From the NCBI GenBank assembly GCA_031551205.1, contig JAVBNY010000001.1, forward strand, positions 78,319 through 142,318: DNA of 64,000 bases, given 5' to 3'. Within the stretch, counting starts at the first letter, position 1; each line of letters begins with the position of its first letter. Position numbers and translations under genes: made by a program. Positions 27,176 to 36,446 of the stretch are shown piece by piece. The stretch is from Oscillospiraceae bacterium (GTDB lineage Bacteria; Bacillota; Clostridia; Oscillospirales; JAVBNY01). Under the pieces are notes generated by a model, which was not told the DNA's origin, did no database searches, and saw only the letters and a program-made list of their open reading frames with translations.

Positions 27176-28699
27176 ATGGATAAGGCGAGATCGGCAGTCA
27201 GGTGGCTGAGTTATGCTATAGTCACGCTTCTGGTGATTTTTGTGGTGCTTTGCGCCCTCAAGCTGTCGCTTGAAGGGCAGGGCGCGTCGATTACAGTGCC
27301 GCAGCTCCATCCTTTTATTCAAAGCGCGGTATTTTTTCTTGCTGCGGCGGGGATCTGCGCTCTTTTTATCAGGTTTTCGGGCAACGCAGCGAGGCTGCCT
27401 GTCCGGATTTCGCTTCTGGCAATGGTTGCTTTCAGGCTGCTTTCGGGAGCGGCGCTGGCCATTTCTACGCATATCTCGCCCCGGTATGACTTTCTGACAT
27501 ACTACCGTATGGCAGGAGAACTTCTTCATGGCAGGGCATATCTGCCGGATTATGTTTCGGTTTTCCCGCATGTTATGGGATATCCGACGGTTCTGTCCGC
27601 ATTTTTTTCAGTGTTTGGGCAGAGAGTTATTGTCGCGCAGTGCGTGAATATTGCACTGTCGTGCCTCACGGTGCTTCTGGTATATGAGGTGGGGAGGCTG
27701 ACGGCCGACAGAAAAGCGGGGCTCATAGCCGCGCTGCTGTGGACGGCGGCGCCTTCGCAGATTTTTTATCCGCTGCTCGTTTGCACTGAGCCGCTCTTCA
27801 TGTTTCTCACGTTATTATGCGCGACGCTCGCCCTGCGGGCGGTCAGGCAGAAAAGCGGCCTTCGGGGAGCGCTGATGATGTGTCTTTTGGGGGCGCTTTG
27901 CGCTGTGACATCAAAGATAAGGCCGAACGGGATAATTGTACTGATCGCGCTTATCATTATGCTGGTTCTGTTTTGGAGGCCTGCGTTTACGCTTAAGATA
28001 AAAAAAATCGATCTGACCAGGCCGCTCAGCGCTGCTTGTATCCTTATTGTGTTTTTTGCGTCGTCGAGTTTTGCATCTAACCGAATAACCTCGTTTATCG
28101 ACCGCGCGCCCGGAAAGCCGGGTTACGGCTGGAATCTTTTTGTGGGGCTTAACATGGAGTCGAAGGGCGCATGGAACATGGAGGATTCGGCGTTGTTTAC
28201 GAGGCTGCTAAATGAAAAAGGTGCGTCCGGAGCGCAGCAGGAGCTTTTCTCCAGCGCGATGTCACGAGCAGGGCACCTCGGAGTGAACACCGACACTCTC
28301 AGATTCTTTTACCACAAAATAAACCTTATGTGGGGCGGCGACAACGAGGTTATCGGATATCTCGCACCCGCGCAGCAAGAGGGCGGCAGGCAACTTTTTC
28401 TTTTTTCCTCATATCAGAAGGTATGGGAAACCGTCTTTGACCTGTACTACTTCTTCCTTTTGATGCTCTGCGCCTGGTCGCTCTGTGTAAAACTGAGAGG
28501 CTCTCAAAACACTTGCGTGATCCTCTGCTGCCTCATCCTGGCCGGTACAATAGCCCTGCACTTGTTTGTCGAGGCCGCGCCGAGATATCATTACATAGCT
28601 ATCCCGTTTTTCTGCTTGATCTGCGGTGTCGCCGCAATGGAGGGGACTTCTCGCGGTGGACGCGGGATTCGGCTGATTAATAAAGGCAATGCCGCATAA
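27176..28699 (+). CDS. Multi-pass GT-C fold glycosyltransferase (PMT_2/GT39-like)
   Basis: Many TM helices, DF..YY loop, GYP, TEPLF, RPN, E..PRY motifs. Confidence 0.75.
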   Translation: MDKARSAVRWLSYAIVTLLVIFVVLCALKLSLEGQGASITVPQLHPFIQSAVFFLAAAGICALFIRFSGNAARLPVRISLLAMVAFRLLSGAALAISTHISPRYDFLTYYRMAGELLHGRAYLPDYVSVFPHVMGYPTVLSAFFSVFGQRVIVAQCVNIALSCLTVLLVYEVGRLTADRKAGLIAALLWTAAPSQIFYPLLVCTEPLFMFLTLLCATLALRAVRQKSGLRGALMMCLLGALCAVTSKIRPNGIIVLIALIIMLVLFWRPAFTLKIKKIDLTRPLSAACILIVFFASSSFASNRITSFIDRAPGKPGYGWNLFVGLNMESKGAWNMEDSALFTRLLNEKGASGAQQELFSSAMSRAGHLGVNTDTLRFFYHKINLMWGGDNEVIGYLAPAQQEGGRQLFLFSSYQKVWETVFDLYYFFLLMLCAWSLCVKLRGSQNTCVILCCLILAGTIALHLFVEAAPRYHYIAIPFFCLICGVAAMEGTSRGGRGIRLINKGNAA

Positions 28700-28727
28700 T
28701 TCGGCGTTGCCTAAAATCATGGATATG

Positions 28728-28765
28728 AAAATGGGGGTTCCGGCAAAGCCGGAACCCCCATTTTT
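28728..28765. terminator. Bidirectional intrinsic terminator
   Basis: AAAATGGGGGTTCCGGC-AAA-GCCGGAACCCCCATTTTT. Confidence 0.85.
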
Positions 28766-28774
28766 GAGAAATAT

Positions 28775-30985
28775 TTATGCGCCGTAGACGGTTTTAAATG
28801 TAAAGGTGTAGCTCGGGAACAGGGCCGGGATCTTGAGGCCTTCAACAACAACCGTGTCGCCGTTCGCTGTGTTGGCAATCAACGTGGTTGTCGTGATCCT
28901 TCTGGCGGTGGTCGCGTAAACAGCAGCATCGTTGCCGTTGATCGTGATCTTGAACTTCGGTGAGGTTGTCGCGATGTCAACATTAAAGTTGAGGGCGAGG
29001 CGAGTCCCGTTGGCGCCGAGCGTCATGTTCCAGATGTTCGTGTTATAGGGAACGACGGTGATGGTAGCTGTCTTCTCAACGCCGCCGCTTGTGGCAGTGA
29101 TGGTGAGAGAGGCAGTTTCGGGAACCTTGGTGATCCTGAGGATGGCGTCGCCTTCGCCGTTTATTGTGCCAGTGGCGAGAACGTTGCCTTCAGCCGAGGT
29201 AATCTTAATTGCGGAGCTGCCGAGATCCTTGCCGAAAACCGCTACGGGGATGTTGGCAGGCAGGGTTGCCACGACATTGGTAAGCGAGGTAGAAACCAGG
29301 GTGAGCCCGTCAACGCTGGCAAGCGCGGCTGCGGTCTGTGTCAGTGTCTCGGAAGCGGCCGTGATGGTGTTGAGCTCAGTCATGGAATAAACCTTGATAT
29401 TGGCAGCGGAAGTAGCGGCGGTCAAAGCCGCAGCATACGGAGCCCAGCTCTCAGAGGTGTATCTGTGGCCTTCATCGGCGGCGGGCAGAGCGGCAATCTT
29501 TGTCTTGAGGTCAAAGCGGTATTTGGAGCCGAGCATTGAGAAAAAGGACATTTTCTCGGGGTTGCCGGTGGTGCCGCCCCAGAGATGCGCGCCCTTGTAA
29601 GAGTTAAAGGTGCCGGAGTCGCTTGTGCCGTCGAAGTCGATGGCAACGACTTTGTCCTTGTACTTCAGGAGAATGTCGAAGATGCCGGCGACATAGTCGG
29701 CCTGCTCCCTCTGGATGTCCTCTCTCATGGCGATGGTGTTCGAGGCCGCGGAGTTTACGAACGGCCAGTCATATCTTCTGATCGCAGGCGCGTTGCCGGT
29801 GTCGAAGTTATTGCCGAGGGAGGTGATGCCCATGGCCCTCTGGTGATCGTTCACCGCCAGGATCGGCCAGGAGGGAACGCTGGGGTCATAGTTCGGGTTG
29901 GGAACGAGGTCGGAACGGAAGTCGGCTTCGGAGAAGGAAATCTCGTTGGAGACCGTCAGGCAGTTCTTGATATACTCTTCAAACTGCGGAAGGGTCGGAG
30001 CGGCTGTCGCGAGCCTGCCCTGAAGCCCGAAACCGTCTATGTTGCCGGCCTCATATATGGGCTTCAGCATCTTGAAGGTCTGGGAGGCTTTCGGCTCATA
30101 GGGTTTGTTGGAATCCATAAAGTCATTGTAGTAAAGCTTCCAGTCCACGTTGAACTGGGCTCTGTACTTCGCGGCATACTCAAACGCTTTGCGGATGTAT
30201 ACGCTTTCCTCATAGAGCCTCTGGTCGGGATTGTTGTCGAGGTCGCGCCTTCTGAAGATGCGGCCCCACTGGCCGGTCTGATAGCCGTCGGCGTTGCGGA
30301 CGTGGCCCGTAAAGTCGTCAAGGCCTTCGTTGACAACATCCCAGGAGATTATGAGATCGTCATACGGTGCATAACGCTCGGTCATCTTCATTATGAAGTC
30401 GTCAAGCCTCGCGAGCATGACCTCGGGGGTCGTCCAGTCGGGATTGGCGGCATTGTAGTTAAAGCCGTTGCAGAAGAAGTAATTCGGCTGCTGTCCGCCG
30501 TGCCATACGAAAACGTGACCGCGGACGTAGATTTTATCGTCGTCGGCGCGGGTTTCATTGGCGACTCTCATGGCGTTGAGCATACCGATGGATCTGGCAG
30601 AATTCGAAAGATAGGTGTAGTCCTCGAGGGTGACGGTTTTGTTCGCCTTGTCAATGGCGGCGGCCTTCTCGGCCTCGCTCATCTCGGTGTTCGCGTTGAT
30701 GGCGGCGACGGCGGCGTCATAGGTGGCCTTCGAGGGGTTCCTCGCAGCAGAAGAGCCATTGCCTATCTGGCTGTCAAGTTTAAGTGCATTGGCAGGGCTG
30801 TTGACCTGGTAGTGGAGAAGCTGCTGAGCACTGCTCCAGCCGCCGAAAGTGCCTATCATAAAGGCGTCTTTATATGTTTTATAAAGAGAAGGAAGGGTGA
30901 GGTCAACCGCAGAAGACGAGGGCAGCACGCTGATAACCAGACATGCCACGATCGCAAGGCAAAGGATTCTTGATAATTTTCTCAT
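28775..30985 (-). CDS. Secreted GH10 (endo-xylanase family) glycoside hydrolase with FIVAR-like and unknown C-terminal domains
   Basis: Signal peptide; RGHVFVWH, WDVVNE, LYYNDF, IDGFGLQ, nucleophile region ISFSEAD; YTSESWAPYAAAL segment. Confidence 0.85.
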   Translation of the reverse strand: MRKLSRILCLAIVACLVISVLPSSSAVDLTLPSLYKTYKDAFMIGTFGGWSSAQQLLHYQVNSPANALKLDSQIGNGSSAARNPSKATYDAAVAAINANTEMSEAEKAAAIDKANKTVTLEDYTYLSNSARSIGMLNAMRVANETRADDDKIYVRGHVFVWHGGQQPNYFFCNGFNYNAANPDWTTPEVMLARLDDFIMKMTERYAPYDDLIISWDVVNEGLDDFTGHVRNADGYQTGQWGRIFRRRDLDNNPDQRLYEESVYIRKAFEYAAKYRAQFNVDWKLYYNDFMDSNKPYEPKASQTFKMLKPIYEAGNIDGFGLQGRLATAAPTLPQFEEYIKNCLTVSNEISFSEADFRSDLVPNPNYDPSVPSWPILAVNDHQRAMGITSLGNNFDTGNAPAIRRYDWPFVNSAASNTIAMREDIQREQADYVAGIFDILLKYKDKVVAIDFDGTSDSGTFNSYKGAHLWGGTTGNPEKMSFFSMLGSKYRFDLKTKIAALPAADEGHRYTSESWAPYAAALTAATSAANIKVYSMTELNTITAASETLTQTAAALASVDGLTLVSTSLTNVVATLPANIPVAVFGKDLGSSAIKITSAEGNVLATGTINGEGDAILRITKVPETASLTITATSGGVEKTATITVVPYNTNIWNMTLGANGTRLALNFNVDIATTSPKFKITINGNDAAVYATTARRITTTTLIANTANGDTVVVEGLKIPALFPSYTFTFKTVYGA

Positions 30986-31522
30986 TACTGCTTGCTCCTT
31001 TAAAATTATTTACTTGATGTGCTTGGCTTTCTCTTTGCATTGATAAGCCGACTTTAGATAGAGAAAAGCAAGCGATAGACTGTGAAACGAAGACGCCTCA
31101 ATAATTGGGGCGCCTCTTGGTTCAAAGGCTAAAGCTAAATGGTGAGCCGCAATCTGCGCCGCGCAAAGCGGCGAAAAAGCTGCCAAGATAGGCGGCAGAT
31201 CTGAAAGCGGCCGACGGTGCCGGGAAAAGCGAGGTAAAAGAGCTGAGCATAAAGTGCAAACAAGAAAAGACGCCGCCATGTCATACCCACGCAGGCCACG
31301 AACCGAAGTGCGGTCGGCCGAGGCTGTCGCCGGGTAGAGAGTGCCCGGGCACAGAGACAATGAAACTACAACTTTTACGGGGCATTTGGGGCAGGAGAAG
31401 CTGTGAAGTTCCGAAATCTCAGCACCCGGAGAATGAGTGGCCGCAAGAAACAGCCAAAGATTTATTTCTTAACGCCAACAATCTCCTTTCTCAAACATGT
31501 GACAGACTTGTACAACAATTCA

Positions 31523-31551
31523 ATTATATATTAAATTTACCATATAGTCAA
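31523..31551 (-). promoter_or_regulatory. Near-consensus sigmaA promoter, ~530 nt upstream of GH10 start
   Basis: TTGACT-N17-TATAAT on minus strand. Confidence 0.7.
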
Positions 31552-31619
31552 GGAAATATTTCTTATATTTGTATACTATTTAGGTATAATTGAAAATACG
31601 AGTAATAAGTTTCGAAAGG

Positions 31620-31647
31620 ACACAATCCTGGCAAATATGCATAGAAT
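31620..31647 (+). promoter_or_regulatory. sigmaK/sigmaE-like promoter
   Basis: ACACA-N15-CATAGAAT. Confidence 0.45.
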
Positions 31648-31677
31648 AATACAGAAAGTAATGAAAGGGGCAAATTT

Positions 31678-32289
31678 ATGGAATTAACACATAACGGCGG
31701 ACAGGTCCCGGACAAGGACGCCGAAAGAAGAATATGGGAGCGCGTAATGGCCCAAAAGCAGGCGGGGTCGGACGCGTACAAAAACCTGATAAACTCCGGA
31801 GGGGACAGCCGTTACGCTGTTCAAAACGGCGGCGTGGTTACGGAAATGCCGCAGGCGCAGGCGGCCGTCGCCTTGCAGGAAACCGGAGAGGACGCGTTTC
31901 TGAAAAGCTGCGTTGCGCAAGAGCTCGAGGACGCGAAGCTGTATGCCGCGCTGGCCAGATGCGCGCCGGGAAGACGTGCGTCCGCCGTGTTCATGCGCCT
32001 TTCAAACTCCGAACTTGAGCATGCAAAGCGTTTTTCCACGCTGTTCTTTTTGAGAACCGGTGAGTTTTATTTCCCGTACGCCGTAATGCAGACGCCGAGA
32101 ATAAGCATGCTGAATGAGACGCTCCGTGAATGTTACCGGCGCGAGAGTGAGGATGTTTTAAGATACCTCAGGGCGGCTGAAAGCACGGCGGACCCCGTAT
32201 TGGCCGAAGCCTTCCGGGAGGCGGCGTCGGAGGAGCTTGGGCACGCCAAGTGCATCAGGGAACTGATCGAAAACATCCTGATACCCTGA
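31678..32289 (+). CDS. Ferritin-like/rubrerythrin-family protein (possible spore protein)
   Basis: Two E...ExxH motifs (ELEHAK, ELGHAK); IWERV N-terminal motif. Confidence 0.75.
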   Translation: MELTHNGGQVPDKDAERRIWERVMAQKQAGSDAYKNLINSGGDSRYAVQNGGVVTEMPQAQAAVALQETGEDAFLKSCVAQELEDAKLYAALARCAPGRRASAVFMRLSNSELEHAKRFSTLFFLRTGEFYFPYAVMQTPRISMLNETLRECYRRESEDVLRYLRAAESTADPVLAEAFREAASEELGHAKCIRELIENILIP

Positions 32290-32383
32290 AGATTATAGAG
32301 CTGGATACATAGGGAGACAGCGCACGGAGATTGTATTCGGTATTGCCATAGACATCGGTAAAAGTGAAAGCGCGCCGGTCGGA

Positions 32384-33061
32384 TCAGGTTCTTTCCCTGG
32401 CCTCAAGCCTTGTTTTTGCCAGTGTGACGCAGATCACCCTTTTTGCTCCCGCGTTTTTCAGGACCTTGGCGGCCTCGGACAGCGTGGCTCCTGTGGTAAG
32501 TATATCGTCGATGAGCAGCACACGCCTTCCCGTGACAAGCTCAGGCTCCGTAACAGTATACGCGCCCTCAATATTCCCACGCCTTTCCTCGGCGCTCTTC
32601 AGCGAAGACTGCGGGGGCGCCTCTTTCGTCTTTTCAATGACGGAGAGCGCGACGTCGCCGAGATCGAGGGCGGCGGCCATGCAGATGAGCATCGACTGGT
32701 CGTAACCGCGCTGCTTTTTGCGCTCGGCGCTGACGGGCACCCATGTTATCACGTCATACTGGCCTGAAAGTTCCTTTGAGATGCACGCCGCAAGCAATTT
32801 CCCAAAGCATGTGGCGTATCCGCGTTTGTTTTTAAATTTGAAGCCGAGTATGGCATCTCGCACCGCGCCTTCGTAATAGAGCGGCGAAACGCAAAAGTCA
32901 AATCCCGCGAAGAGGTCGCCGCTCCGCTGCCCACGGCCTGTCCACGGAAGGGATGAAATGCACCTTCCGCATGCGCCGTTGTCTCCCGCGTGCAGCACCT
33001 TCCCGCAAAAGGCGCACCTGGGCGGAAATAGGATATCGATCAGCCCGCTAAAAAACCACAT
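32384..33061 (-). CDS. comF: ComF-family phosphoribosyltransferase-like protein
   Basis: LFPPRC..C zinc finger, RGYDQ, LLIDDILTTGAT; start at ATG 33061 after GGAGG. Confidence 0.92.
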   Translation of the reverse strand: MWFFSGLIDILFPPRCAFCGKVLHAGDNGACGRCISSLPWTGRGQRSGDLFAGFDFCVSPLYYEGAVRDAILGFKFKNKRGYATCFGKLLAACISKELSGQYDVITWVPVSAERKKQRGYDQSMLICMAAALDLGDVALSVIEKTKEAPPQSSLKSAEERRGNIEGAYTVTEPELVTGRRVLLIDDILTTGATLSEAAKVLKNAGAKRVICVTLAKTRLEARERT

Positions 33062-33089
33062 ACATATACCTCCGATGCCGAAAAATATT

Positions 33090-35294
33090 TCATGCTTCCC
33101 TGCAGAGGTCTTCAATCCTGAATTTAAGGGCTGTGTAGCGCTTCGAACGCAGATTGTTGGCAACCATTGTGCGCAGCGCGGATTCGCTGCCGACGGCCAC
33201 GAGCAGGTCGCGAGCGCGGGTAATCGCCGTGTAGAGGATCCTTCTGGTCATGAGGTTTTTTGGCGCGGGAGATGCCGCGAGGACGACCGCCGGATACTCG
33301 CTGCCCTGCGATTTGTGCACGGTCATGCAGAAGGCGTGCTCCAGTTCTGAAAGCTCGGAGAGCTCGTATTCTGCCAGCCTGTCGTCAAACCGGATGAGCA
33401 TGATCCCGTCTTTTTTCCTGATCTCCAGCACCGTGCCGATATCACCGTTGAAAACGCCCGAGCCATCATGGCCTTCCTGCGTCGTCCACAGGCGGTTATA
33501 GTCGTTTCTGACCTGCATAACCCTGTCGCCTTCACGCCATACGCGGCCGAAGGCCTGACATTCGTTTTTTCCGTGTTTGGAGGGGTTCAGCGCCTCCTGC
33601 AGCGCGATGTTAAGGCTGACGGTTCCCGTGGGGCCGAGCTTTGTGGGCGACAATACCTGGATCATGGGCGGGGAGAAGCCCATATTGCTCGGAAGCCGCT
33701 CGGCGCAGAGCTCTACAATTGTCCTTGCGGCGGAGTCGAGATCCGGCCGGCGGATGAAATAAAAGTCTCCGTACCTGGCGCTGAGCTCGGGGAGCTCGCC
33801 GCGGTTGACGGCATGCGCGCTCAGGACGATCCTGCTTTCGCTTGCCTGCCTGAAGATCTCGCTCAGGCAGACGCTTTTTATCATGCCGCACCTCAAAATG
33901 TCTCCCAGCACATTCCCGGGACCGACAGACGGGAGCTGGTTTGGATCCCCGACTATGACAAGCCTTGAATGCTCCGGCAGTGCGGACAGCAGCGCGCAAA
34001 TGAGCGGAAGGTCGACCATCGAGGCCTCGTCCAGGATAACAGCGTCGCACTTCAGCGGGTTGCTTTCGTTTTGCTGAAAGACGAGCGCACCGTCTGTCGG
34101 GGAAAATACACATCCGAGAAGCCGGTGGATTGTGGAGGCCTCGCGCCCACACACCTCGGACAGCCGTTTTGCCGCCCTTCCGGTGGGAGCGCAGAGAAAG
34201 GTTTTGAGCCCCAGATTCTCAAAAATCTCGATAATGCCTCGAAGCGCGGTGGTTTTGCCGGTTCCTGGGCCTCCGGTAAGCAGGAACAGCTTGTTGCCCG
34301 CCGCAAGAGAGATCGCCTCGCGTTGGAGCGGCGCGTACTCAATCCTGAACCGGCGCTCGATATCGCCCACAGCGCGGTCGGGGATACCGTCAAATGTGAC
34401 GCCGGACATCGAAAACAGCCTGTCGGCGACATACTGCTCGGCCTCGTGCATACGCTTAAGGTAGCAGGCTTCGACTCCCGCGATTTTCTCCAGCTTGAGC
34501 TCGTCCGCCTCCGCCAGCCGGTCGAGAGCCATTTCGACGGCGTCGGGGTACAGGCTGAGCAGCTCGCACGTGATAGGGACAAGCTTTTCAACGGGAATAA
34601 AGACATGACCGTTTTGAAGGTTGAAAAACAGCTCGTACAAAACCCCGGCCTCCACGCGCGCGGGCGCGTCAGCCGTGACGCCTCCGCGCAGCGCGATGGC
34701 GTCAGCCGCGCTGAAGTCCACAAAAAAGCCGTCGCCAGTGAGTATGTACGGATTTTCGCGGACAGCGTCAAGCGCGCCGGAGCCGTATCGGCTGTAAAGC
34801 GGCATCGCGAGCGCGGGAGGAAGCAGGTTTGCCGAGAGAAAGTCCATAAGGCGGCGCATGCATGAAAGCTTTTTGAAGGCGGAGCTTATCTGCCCCGCCT
34901 TTGAGAGCGTGATGCCGGGGATGCGAGCGAGTTTTTCCGGGGATTCAAGCGCTGAGAACGCCTCGGTGCCGAAGCTCTCGACAATCCTCTTTGCCGTCAC
35001 GGGGCCGACGCCCCGCACCGCGCCCGAGGAGAGATACCTGAGTATCCCCTCGGGGAGGGAGGGAAGGCGTCTCTCACAGGAAAACGCCTTAAACTGCTCG
35101 CCGTATGACGGGTGTTTTATCCAAGAACCCGTGAGGGACAGTTCCTCCCCGGCGCACGCGAAGGGGATATCTCCCACAACGGTCGTCAGGCGCCCGTCCC
35201 CGGGGTCAAGTCTCAGCACACAGTATCCATTTTCGGGGTTTGAGAAAACCACCGAGAAAACGGCGCCGGCTATTTTTTCGTCCCTGTCCGTCAT
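33090..35294 (-). CDS. recD2: ATP-dependent RecD2-like DNA helicase
   Basis: HPSYGEQF, LTGGPGTGKTT, APTGRAAKR, DEASM, GDPNQLPSVGPG, TVHKSQGSE, YTAITRA. Confidence 0.95.
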   Translation of the reverse strand: MTDRDEKIAGAVFSVVFSNPENGYCVLRLDPGDGRLTTVVGDIPFACAGEELSLTGSWIKHPSYGEQFKAFSCERRLPSLPEGILRYLSSGAVRGVGPVTAKRIVESFGTEAFSALESPEKLARIPGITLSKAGQISSAFKKLSCMRRLMDFLSANLLPPALAMPLYSRYGSGALDAVRENPYILTGDGFFVDFSAADAIALRGGVTADAPARVEAGVLYELFFNLQNGHVFIPVEKLVPITCELLSLYPDAVEMALDRLAEADELKLEKIAGVEACYLKRMHEAEQYVADRLFSMSGVTFDGIPDRAVGDIERRFRIEYAPLQREAISLAAGNKLFLLTGGPGTGKTTALRGIIEIFENLGLKTFLCAPTGRAAKRLSEVCGREASTIHRLLGCVFSPTDGALVFQQNESNPLKCDAVILDEASMVDLPLICALLSALPEHSRLVIVGDPNQLPSVGPGNVLGDILRCGMIKSVCLSEIFRQASESRIVLSAHAVNRGELPELSARYGDFYFIRRPDLDSAARTIVELCAERLPSNMGFSPPMIQVLSPTKLGPTGTVSLNIALQEALNPSKHGKNECQAFGRVWREGDRVMQVRNDYNRLWTTQEGHDGSGVFNGDIGTVLEIRKKDGIMLIRFDDRLAEYELSELSELEHAFCMTVHKSQGSEYPAVVLAASPAPKNLMTRRILYTAITRARDLLVAVGSESALRTMVANNLRSKRYTALKFRIEDLCREA

Positions 35295-35385
35295 GCAGAT
35301 ACCTTCATTTGAATTAAGGCAATACCGCAAAGTATTCAGACGCTCTTTGTGCGGTGTTGACTTAAGTATCCTTCCATCAATTCAA

Positions 35386-35766
35386 TTAAAAACACCCCGG
35401 GTTCTCTGCGGGCGCCGAAGTCTGTGATGCACCGGCCGCCTCGCCTACAAGTGCTTCAAGTTTTCCATCCGGGCAGAGGAAGACGCATGACTCCTTTGCG
35501 CAGATCGCCTTTGCCGTGTCAAGCGCGCTTTTTGAGAGGCCTTCGTCGACGATTACAATGTCCATCCCTGCGATAGAACCGTGCTTGAGCCAGAGGATAC
35601 CCTGAACGGTTCTCTGAAGCTCGGGCGCGTCTCCCTTGAGGCAGATAAGCGTGAACATTCTGCCGCCGGGACAGCGGATGGGCGTCACAAAAAAACCGAA
35701 AAGCGCCCAGAAAATAAACACGACGCCGGCGCATACCAGTAAAACAATAATAAAATCGATAACCAT
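35386..35766 (-). CDS. Hypothetical membrane-anchored protein
   Basis: AGGAGG SD, N-terminal TM, IVIVD.GL; sigmaE-like CATAACAT upstream. Confidence 0.65.
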   Translation of the reverse strand: MVIDFIIVLLVCAGVVFIFWALFGFFVTPIRCPGGRMFTLICLKGDAPELQRTVQGILWLKHGSIAGMDIVIVDEGLSKSALDTAKAICAKESCVFLCPDGKLEALVGEAAGASQTSAPAENPGCF

Positions 35767-35829
35767 ACCGCGCACCTCCTATTACATGTTATGCTGCGCG
35801 CGGTTTTTTGGTATAAAAGCTTTTTTGCC

Positions 35830-36354
35830 TCAGGCCGCCGAGGTTATAAGAGAATACGCCCCGTGGGAGAAGATGGACATTAGGATCCCTGCGACAACAA
35901 CGCCGAAGAAGATGGCGGGGACAGAGTCCTTCAGGCGCATATTCAGAAGCGCGGCGATAAGCGCGCCGGTCCAGGCCCCGGTCCCAGGCAGGGGGATCGC
36001 AACAAAGATGAAGAGCCCGACAAGCTGATACTTGTACACAATCTTTGCCTTCTCCAGGGCGCGCTTCTCAAGTCTGTAGATCGCGGCGGCGAACTTTGCC
36101 CTGTCTTTGAGCCACATAAAGACCTTTCTGACAAAGACAATTATAAACGGGATCGGAATCATATTTCCGACAATCGAGACGAGAAACACGGGGATAACGG
36201 GCAGGCCAAAGGTCATAACTCCGACGAGAACGCCACCACGCAGCTCGAGGATAGGGATCATCGAGATGAGGCCGGTCACAAGCAGCCGGGCCCACGGCGG
36301 AAGCGTTTCCCTGATTCCGCCGACGAAATCGGTTAAAGCGCTGAAAATATCCAT
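35830..36354 (-). CDS. Small multidrug export-like membrane protein (COG2426)
   Basis: SMIPILELRG, FVAIPLPGTGAWTG. Confidence 0.88.
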   Translation of the reverse strand: MDIFSALTDFVGGIRETLPPWARLLVTGLISMIPILELRGGVLVGVMTFGLPVIPVFLVSIVGNMIPIPFIIVFVRKVFMWLKDRAKFAAAIYRLEKRALEKAKIVYKYQLVGLFIFVAIPLPGTGAWTGALIAALLNMRLKDSVPAIFFGVVVAGILMSIFSHGAYSLITSAA

Positions 36355-36446
36355 AAATACCTCAGAAAAGTAAACTTTGCGCCGGCGGCGCGGGGAGGAT
36401 CGCAGAAAATCCCAGTGAAAAAATACCTTGGGACAATATTCTATCA

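Noticed and set aside
29585..30973. 462-aa plus-strand ORF
   Set aside because: Antisense mirror of the GH10 gene caused by codon bias; no motifs or SD.
31000..31500. RNase P RNA, tmRNA, T-box or self-splicing intron identity for the structured region
   Set aside because: I could not find the RNase P GAGGAAAGUCC, tRNA-like ends, the T-box bulge or intron core motifs.
31010..31593. ORFs 31010..31360(-) and 31360..31593(+)
   Set aside because: No SD, no recognisable motifs, atypical composition; better explained as leader and promoter DNA.
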